Positions 58,676-64,000 of a stretch of DNA of 64,000 bases are shown here, in pieces (position 1 is the first letter of the stretch; each line of letters begins with the position of its first letter). A program made the translations under genes and the position numbers. The notes under the pieces are model-generated. The model saw only the letters and a program-made list of their open reading frames with translations. It was not told the origin of the DNA and ran no database searches. The stretch is from Deltaproteobacteria bacterium (GTDB lineage Bacteria > SAR324 > NAC60-12), in contig JAYOTF010000002.1 in NCBI GenBank assembly GCA_038150265.1, forward strand, positions 17,303-81,302. Direction: 5' to 3'.

Positions 58676-58703
58676 GGGCAGAGTGGCTTCGGTGGCTCTG
58701 CCC
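58676..58703 (+). other. intercistronic hairpin with cUUCGg loop after the binding-protein gene
   Basis: GGGCAGAG/CTCTGCCC stem, C(TTCG)G loop, no U-tract. This is a typical position for an mRNA-stabilising stem in ABC operons. Confidence 0.6.
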
Positions 58704-58735
58704 AGTATCCCCCCTCAACCTCAAGGAGGCCTCAC

Positions 58736-59632
58736 ATGGCACAACCCGCCATGCAGGAAGACCTGAAAACCCGCCTTCAGCACTGGATTCCCAAGCTGGT
58801 TCTTTCCCCCTCCCTGGCGCTGACTCTGGTGTTTGTTTACGGATTCATCCTCTTTTCGCTCTACCTTTCCTTTACCGACAGTCGCCTGCTCCCGTCCTAC
58901 AACCTGGTCGGGTTTTCCAACTACGAAAAACTGTTTCAACTGCGGCACTGGAACATTGCCATTACCAACCTTGGCATCTTTGCCGGCCTCTACATCTCGA
59001 TCTGTACCATCATTGGGCTGACGCTGGCCATCTTTCTGGATCAGAAGATCCGGGGGGAAGGCGTGCTGCGTCCGATCTTCCTGTACCCGATGGCCCTGAG
59101 CTTCATTGTGACGGGAACCGCGTGGAAGTGGTTTCTGGATCCGGGGATTGGACTGGAGAACACCATGCACCTCTGGGGCTGGGAAACCTTTGAGTTCAAC
59201 TGGATCAAGGACCGGGATTATGCGCTTTACACCGTGGTGCTGGCCGCCGTTTGGCAAACCAGCGGTTTTGTGATGGCGATGTTCCTGGCGGGGCTCCGGG
59301 GCATTGACAATGAGATCCTCAAGGCTGCTCAGATTGATGGCGCCTCCAACTGGAACCTCTACAAACGCATCATCATTCCCCAGCTGCGTCCAGCGTTCCT
59401 TTCAGCGTTTGTCATCCTCAGCCACCTGGCCATCAAGTCCTACGACCTGGTGATTGCCCTGACCGGAGGCGGGCCCGGGCGGGCGACCGAGCTGCCGGCG
59501 ACCTTCATGTATTCCTACACCTTTACCCGCAAGCAAATGGGGATTGGCGCCTCGTCCGCCGTCATCATGCTGTTGACGATTGTGGCCATCATGGTGCCCT
59601 ACCTCTATTCCGAACTGAGGGAGAAAAAGTAA
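58736..59632 (+). CDS. gtsB: sugar ABC transporter permease (GtsB-like)
   Basis: Six TM helices, EAA-like KAAQIDGA, LYPMALSFIVTG. Confidence 0.8.
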   Translation: MAQPAMQEDLKTRLQHWIPKLVLSPSLALTLVFVYGFILFSLYLSFTDSRLLPSYNLVGFSNYEKLFQLRHWNIAITNLGIFAGLYISICTIIGLTLAIFLDQKIRGEGVLRPIFLYPMALSFIVTGTAWKWFLDPGIGLENTMHLWGWETFEFNWIKDRDYALYTVVLAAVWQTSGFVMAMFLAGLRGIDNEILKAAQIDGASNWNLYKRIIIPQLRPAFLSAFVILSHLAIKSYDLVIALTGGGPGRATELPATFMYSYTFTRKQMGIGASSAVIMLLTIVAIMVPYLYSELREKK

Positions 59633-60513
59633 TGGCGATTGCTTCGAATGAAACAGCAGTCAGCAATTCCCGCTTCATTCAGGTTCTGATCTACCTGACC
59701 CTGCTTCTCTTTGCGCTGTTTTACTTGCTGCCCTTTGGCATCATGGTCCTGAACTCGGTCAAGCCGCTTGCGGAAATCACAGGTGGCAACATGATGAGCC
59801 TGCCGGTGGTGTTCACCCTGGAGCCCTGGGCCAAGGCGTGGTCCACCGCCCAGATTGGCGTGGAGGCGAATGGACTGAGCCCGTACTTCTGGAACTCCAT
59901 CAAGATGGTGGTGCCTGCGGTGACGATTTCAACGATCCTGGGCGCCGTTAACGGCTACGTCCTCACGAAGTGGCGCTTCCGGGGAGACACCCTGATTTTT
60001 GGGCTCATGCTCTTTGCCTGCTTCATCCCCTTCCAGATTGTCCTCATTCCGATGGCCCGGATCCTGGGCCTCAGTGGCCTGGCAGGTTCCACTCCGGGGC
60101 TGGTGCTGGTGCATGTCGTTTACGGGCTGGGCTTCACGACCCTGTACTTCAAGAACTACTACCAGGTGTTCCCCACCGAGCTGATCCGGGCGGCCCAGAT
60201 CGATGGCGCCGGCTTCTTCCGGATCTTCTGGCGCATCCTCCTGCCCAGCTCCGGACCCATCATCGTGGTCTCCATCATCTGGCAGTTCACCAACATCTGG
60301 AACGACTTCCTCTTTGGCGCCTCCTTTGCCGATTTCGACAGCCAACCGATGACCGTCGCCCTCAACAACCTGGTGCAGAGTTCCACTGGGGTGAAGGAGT
60401 ACAACGTTCACTTTGCCGGAGCCATCATTGCGGCCCTCCCGACGCTGCTGGTCTACATTGTGGCCGGGCGCTACTTCGTCCGCGGACTGATGGCTGGCTC
60501 GGTCAAGGGCTAG
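59632..60513 (+). CDS. gtsC: sugar ABC transporter permease (GtsC-like)
   Basis: RAAQIDGA, WQFTNIWNDFLF, GL.AGSVKG. Confidence 0.8.
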   Translation: MAIASNETAVSNSRFIQVLIYLTLLLFALFYLLPFGIMVLNSVKPLAEITGGNMMSLPVVFTLEPWAKAWSTAQIGVEANGLSPYFWNSIKMVVPAVTISTILGAVNGYVLTKWRFRGDTLIFGLMLFACFIPFQIVLIPMARILGLSGLAGSTPGLVLVHVVYGLGFTTLYFKNYYQVFPTELIRAAQIDGAGFFRIFWRILLPSSGPIIVVSIIWQFTNIWNDFLFGASFADFDSQPMTVALNNLVQSSTGVKEYNVHFAGAIIAALPTLLVYIVAGRYFVRGLMAGSVKG

Positions 60514-60540
60514 GACTAACCCCACACGCTACGTTTTCAC

Positions 60541-61656
60541 ATGAGCTTTCTGAAAATTGAAAATGCTACCAAGTCGTACGGCTCGGTGGAGGTCCTCCAC
60601 AAGATTGACATTGAGGTGCAGGAGGGAGAATTCCTGGTGCTGGTTGGCCCTTCCGGATGTGGCAAATCGACGCTGCTGAACATGATTGCCGGCCTGGAAG
60701 GCATCACCTCCGGAAACATCCACATCAACGGGCGCCTGATGAACGGCGTCCATCCGTCCAAACGGAACATCGCCATGGTCTTTCAGTCCTATGCGCTGTA
60801 TCCGAACATGACGGTTGGGGAGAACATCACCTTTGGGTTGGAAATGCACGGTGTCCCCAAGCCTGAGCGTGACGCGGCCATGGCGCGGGTGGCCAACATG
60901 CTCCAGATTGACCAGCTACTCGACCGCAAGCCCGGACAGCTTTCGGGCGGGCAGCGGCAACGTGTGGCCATGGGACGGGCCCTGGTGCGCGATCCGGACG
61001 TGTTCCTGTTCGATGAGCCCCTCTCGAACCTCGATGCCAAGCTCCGGGTGGACATGCGGACCGAGATCAAGAAGCTGCACCAGAAGCTGAAGACGACCAC
61101 GGTTTACGTGACCCACGACCAGATTGAGGCCCTCACCCTTTCCACCCGCATCGCCGTGATGCACCGTGGATACGTGCAGCAACTGGGGACCCCGCAGGAA
61201 ATCTACGACTCGCCGGCGAATGTCTTTGTGGCCACCTTCATGGGCAGCCCCGCGATGAACATCATCCCCGCCCAGGTCGTGATGGCCGGAGACCACCCTT
61301 CCATTGAGGTGAAGGATTCCAGCGGCAAGCCGGTGTCCCTCCGGTTCAGTCACCCGGGTCTGGCGAAGTGGAAGGACCGTGAGGTCCTGCTCGGCATCCG
61401 TCCGGAAGCGATCACTGACGTCGAAGGCGCCGACCGAAAGGCCCAGAACGTCCAGACCTTCACCAATCTGGTGGACATCACCGAGCCTGCAGGTTCGGAT
61501 ACCTTTGTCACCATGACCCTGTGCAACCAGGCGGTGATTGCCCGGATGCGTTCCGACATTGTGGTGGCCCCCGAGCAGCACTTCGAGTTTGCGGTGAACA
61601 TGGACAAGGCGGTGGTCTTTGATCCTCAGAGCGAGGACCGCATTCAGCTCGACTGA
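60541..61656 (+). CDS. sugar ABC transporter ATP-binding protein (MalK/GtsD-like)
   Basis: GPSGCGKS, VFQSYALYP, LSGGQRQR, FLFDEPLSNLD, VTHDQ. Confidence 0.95.
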   Translation: MSFLKIENATKSYGSVEVLHKIDIEVQEGEFLVLVGPSGCGKSTLLNMIAGLEGITSGNIHINGRLMNGVHPSKRNIAMVFQSYALYPNMTVGENITFGLEMHGVPKPERDAAMARVANMLQIDQLLDRKPGQLSGGQRQRVAMGRALVRDPDVFLFDEPLSNLDAKLRVDMRTEIKKLHQKLKTTTVYVTHDQIEALTLSTRIAVMHRGYVQQLGTPQEIYDSPANVFVATFMGSPAMNIIPAQVVMAGDHPSIEVKDSSGKPVSLRFSHPGLAKWKDREVLLGIRPEAITDVEGADRKAQNVQTFTNLVDITEPAGSDTFVTMTLCNQAVIARMRSDIVVAPEQHFEFAVNMDKAVVFDPQSEDRIQLD

Positions 61657-61707
61657 TCGGGTCCGGTGAGGGGCTTCGGGTGAAGCGACGGGTCGGTTCC
61701 GGAAGAG

Positions 61708-62538
61708 TCAGGGGCCGGGCGGTTCATCAAGGATGAGCGTGTCAGCGCCGTGGTAGACAAGGAAGTGCTTGCCTCCGGCCCGAGAAATGAGCGTGACCCC
61801 GAGCCGCTGGGCGAGGTCCAGACCCATGCGGGTGACGCCTGCCCGCGAGATCAGCACCGGAATGCCCATCTGCGCCGTCTTGATCACCATCTCCGAGGTC
61901 AGGCGCCCGGTTGTGTAAAAGACCTTGTCTCCCCCCTGCACTCCTTCCAGCAGCATGTGCCCGGCAATGGCGTCCGCGGCATTGTGCCGTCCCACGTCCT
62001 CCACAAAAAACCGAACCTGATCCTGCTCACAGAGGGCGCACCCATGGACCGCTCCGGAGACGCGGTAGACGTCATTGCAGTGCTTGAGGTTCCGGAGGAG
62101 GGCGTAAAGCGTGGACTGGCGGACCGATGGACGCGGAAGCTGGTAGCGCTCCAGGTCTCCCACCAACTCCCCAAAAACCGTTCCCTGGCCACATCCGGTG
62201 GTGACGGTACGCTTGGCGAGCTTTTTCTCCCAGCCGGTGAGGTCGTTCTGAATGAAGAGGATCACCGTCTGAGCATCCCACACCACCTCCACGGAAAGCA
62301 GCTCAGAGGCCTGCTCCAGAAATCCCTGATTCCGCAGCCAGCCGATGGCCAGCAACTCCGGGTGCCTGCCCAGTGTCATCAGCGTGACCAATTCTCGGTT
62401 GTTGACGAGCAGGGTCAGCGGCTGCTCGCCCGTGACCGCAACCTCTCGCCAGGCTCCCGTTTCATCCATAACCGAGACGGTCTCTCCCGGGGGGCCAGCG
62501 GTGAGTTCCGGTTTCGGAGGAGAGGGTGTCGTTTTCAT
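61708..62538 (-). CDS. fdhD: formate dehydrogenase accessory sulfurtransferase
   Basis: E.PLTL.VN, TTGCGQG, GAVHGCAL, EDVGRHNA, TGRLTSEMV; start uncertain (62538-62586). Confidence 0.92.
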   Translation of the reverse strand: MKTTPSPPKPELTAGPPGETVSVMDETGAWREVAVTGEQPLTLLVNNRELVTLMTLGRHPELLAIGWLRNQGFLEQASELLSVEVVWDAQTVILFIQNDLTGWEKKLAKRTVTTGCGQGTVFGELVGDLERYQLPRPSVRQSTLYALLRNLKHCNDVYRVSGAVHGCALCEQDQVRFFVEDVGRHNAADAIAGHMLLEGVQGGDKVFYTTGRLTSEMVIKTAQMGIPVLISRAGVTRMGLDLAQRLGVTLISRAGGKHFLVYHGADTLILDEPPGP

Positions 62539-62952
62539 GACCAGCCTTCGCATGAGGTTCATAGGGCGCGCGAGTTCCGGAAGCATTATGCCCGCGCGGG
62601 CTCCAAAGCGGAACCCACTCTGTGTGAGGCTCCGGACTCGGCTGTTGTGTTGAGGAGCCTGCGGAAGCGCTTCACCGAGGCGGAGTGCCGGCGATGCCCT
62701 TTGGAAAACAGCCCCCCAGCTTTTTGCTCAATCCCCCAGTGTTTCCCCGGGTCCCTCCCCGGATTCAAGAGTCGGTTCCGACCAAGTTGCTTATTTCATT
62801 AGTGAAAATATCGGTCCAGGTCTTGCCTTGTGAGGAGATCGGTTCCTTGAGGGGAGCGAGTGAGATGCATTCCGAGTTCCCCCAGGAATTTTTTTTTGAA
62901 GCCGCCAAAGGAGTCCGTCCCTAGGGAGTGTTTGATTGAAGGAGAAGATCAC

Positions 62953-63477
62953 ATGAGGCCGTTCACGCCAATCGTTTCATTGACAAGGACCCAACGCCTT
63001 CTGGGGCTTGGAGTACTGGTCGGGGGCTTGCTGCTGACCGGGTGTTCCGGTCTTGAGGGGGATGAATCCCATAGTCTCACCAGCAGTGCCGGAGGCAGCA
63101 GCCACAACTTTGGAGGGGACTGCTTCGAATGCCATGCTTCCGGGAGCGGAAGCGAGGCCTCGGAGTATGCCTTTACTGTTGCCGGAAGCGTGTATGCGAG
63201 CAGTGGAAGCTCAACGGCCCTGACTGGAGACAGTGGCGCCGTGGTGAAATTCTACACCCAACCCAGCCAGTCAGGCGATTTGGTACTCGAGCTTCCGGTG
63301 GATGGCTCTGGGAACTTCTACACGACTCAGTCGGTGTCCGGACTCAGCTCGGGTCTGTACCCGACCCTGGCTTATGCGGGACGGGTTCAATCCATGGTCT
63401 CCAAAGCGGCGCAAACTGGAAACTGTGCCAGCTGCCATGCGACCGGAAGCACCCAGCCTCCTCTTTATGCGCCGTAA
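62953..63477 (+). CDS. diheme c-type cytochrome lipoprotein
   Basis: RBS GAAGGAG, lipobox LTGC, CFECH and CASCH heme-binding motifs. Confidence 0.8.
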   Translation: MRPFTPIVSLTRTQRLLGLGVLVGGLLLTGCSGLEGDESHSLTSSAGGSSHNFGGDCFECHASGSGSEASEYAFTVAGSVYASSGSSTALTGDSGAVVKFYTQPSQSGDLVLELPVDGSGNFYTTQSVSGLSSGLYPTLAYAGRVQSMVSKAAQTGNCASCHATGSTQPPLYAP

Positions 63478-63839
63478 TTGGGCTTTCGCACCAACCTCTT
63501 TTTTGTGAGAATGCTGATGAATCTGCAACCGTCTCTTGCTCTGGTTTGGCTGTTCCTTGGGCTGTTGACGCTGCTTCTCGGAGCCTCCGGATGCAGCAGC
63601 GAGGATTTCCCACTCAACCCGTTGGACCCCAGCTCGGTAAGCTCCGATGGCGACAGCGGAGTCTCGTGTCGAGGAGATGACCGGGCCCGGACGGCGGCCA
63701 GCTCGGATTATGACGATTCTGGTTCCGAATCGGAATCGGCTGTGAGCTACACCTCTTCCTGCAGCCACAACGTTGGGCAGCAGTGCACGAGTTGTCATGT
63801 GGCCGGCAGCGGAAGCGAGGCCTCGGAGTATGCCTTTAC
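63145..63839 (+). repeat. 32-nt exact direct repeat shared by the two cytochrome paralogues
   Basis: AGCGGAAGCGAGGCCTCGGAGTATGCCTTTAC at 63145-63176 and 63808-63839. Confidence 0.9.
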
Positions 63840-64000
63840 CCTGGCCGGCAGCGTTTACACCAACAGCACTGGAGACGCGGCCTTGACCAACAGCACGGCG
63901 GTGATGAAGTTTTACACGGATAGCACCCACTCCGGCAGCCCGGTGCTGACGCTGCAGGTCGATCAATCCGGGAACTTCTACACCACTCAAGCCGTGCCCA
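63511..64000 (+). CDS. second c-type cytochrome lipoprotein paralogue (3' end outside the window; not in the ORF track)
   Basis: Hand translation MLMNLQ...LLGASGC...SHNVGQQCTSCHVAGSGSEASEYAFTLAGSVY...VDQSGNFYTTQ; open to the window end. Confidence 0.8.
   Translation, partial: MLMNLQPSLALVWLFLGLLTLLLGASGCSSEDFPLNPLDPSSVSSDGDSGVSCRGDDRARTAASSDYDDSGSESESAVSYTSSCSHNVGQQCTSCHVAGSGSEASEYAFTLAGSVYTNSTGDAALTNSTAVMKFYTDSTHSGSPVLTLQVDQSGNFYTTQAVP

Noticed and set aside
3009..61581. Many long antisense ORFs (for example 3009-4832, 6459-8489, 22156-23943, 24573-26981, 27585-29663, 48570-50264)
   Set aside because: They mirror well-supported genes on the other strand. This is the usual shadow-ORF effect of high-GC codon usage, and they have no recognisable motifs.
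1..64000. CRISPR array, IS element, prophage, toxin-antitoxin or defence system
   Set aside because: No regularly spaced repeats and no transposase, cas or phage motifs. The RHH-like gene at 36996 is followed by a DCC oxidoreductase, not a toxin.

Overview
This is a gene-dense, GC-rich (roughly 60-63% by eye) bacterial chromosome segment. The gene set suggests a Gram-negative, probably aquatic, deltaproteobacterium-like organism such as SAR324, but that is inference only. I see no IS elements, prophage, CRISPR array or rRNA. Housekeeping genes: murF, mrp/apbC, rlmKL, tsaE-tsaB, dnaG-rpoD, lpxL-like, thrC, dxs, zapB, ccmF-ccmG, fdhD, and tRNA-Gly(CCC), tRNA-Gln(TTG), tRNA-Leu(GAG). Metabolic genes: puuA/puuB-like, an acyl-CoA ligase, a glucose-type ABC transporter, a PhoX-like exported protein, two tandem CPA2 antiporters and two tandem c-type cytochrome lipoproteins. 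There are also two signalling loci. Three observations stand out. (1) The palindrome TCCGGA is about 9-fold over-represented by manual count and occurs in all codon phases, like a HIP-type iterated palindrome. (2) Two proteins share a C-terminal domain resembling the Vibrio ChiS DNA-binding domain. One is a stand-alone gene inside what looks like a 'split ChiS' module (periplasmic binding protein, membrane kinase, receiver-pseudokinase, DNA-binding domain) in front of a sugar ABC operon. (3) Several intact ORFs have lost their catalytic motifs: an ABC-F-like ATPase upstream of dnaG, an alpha/beta hydrolase, a kinase ATPase domain and one CPA2 paralogue. All family calls come from motif recognition by eye, not from database searches.
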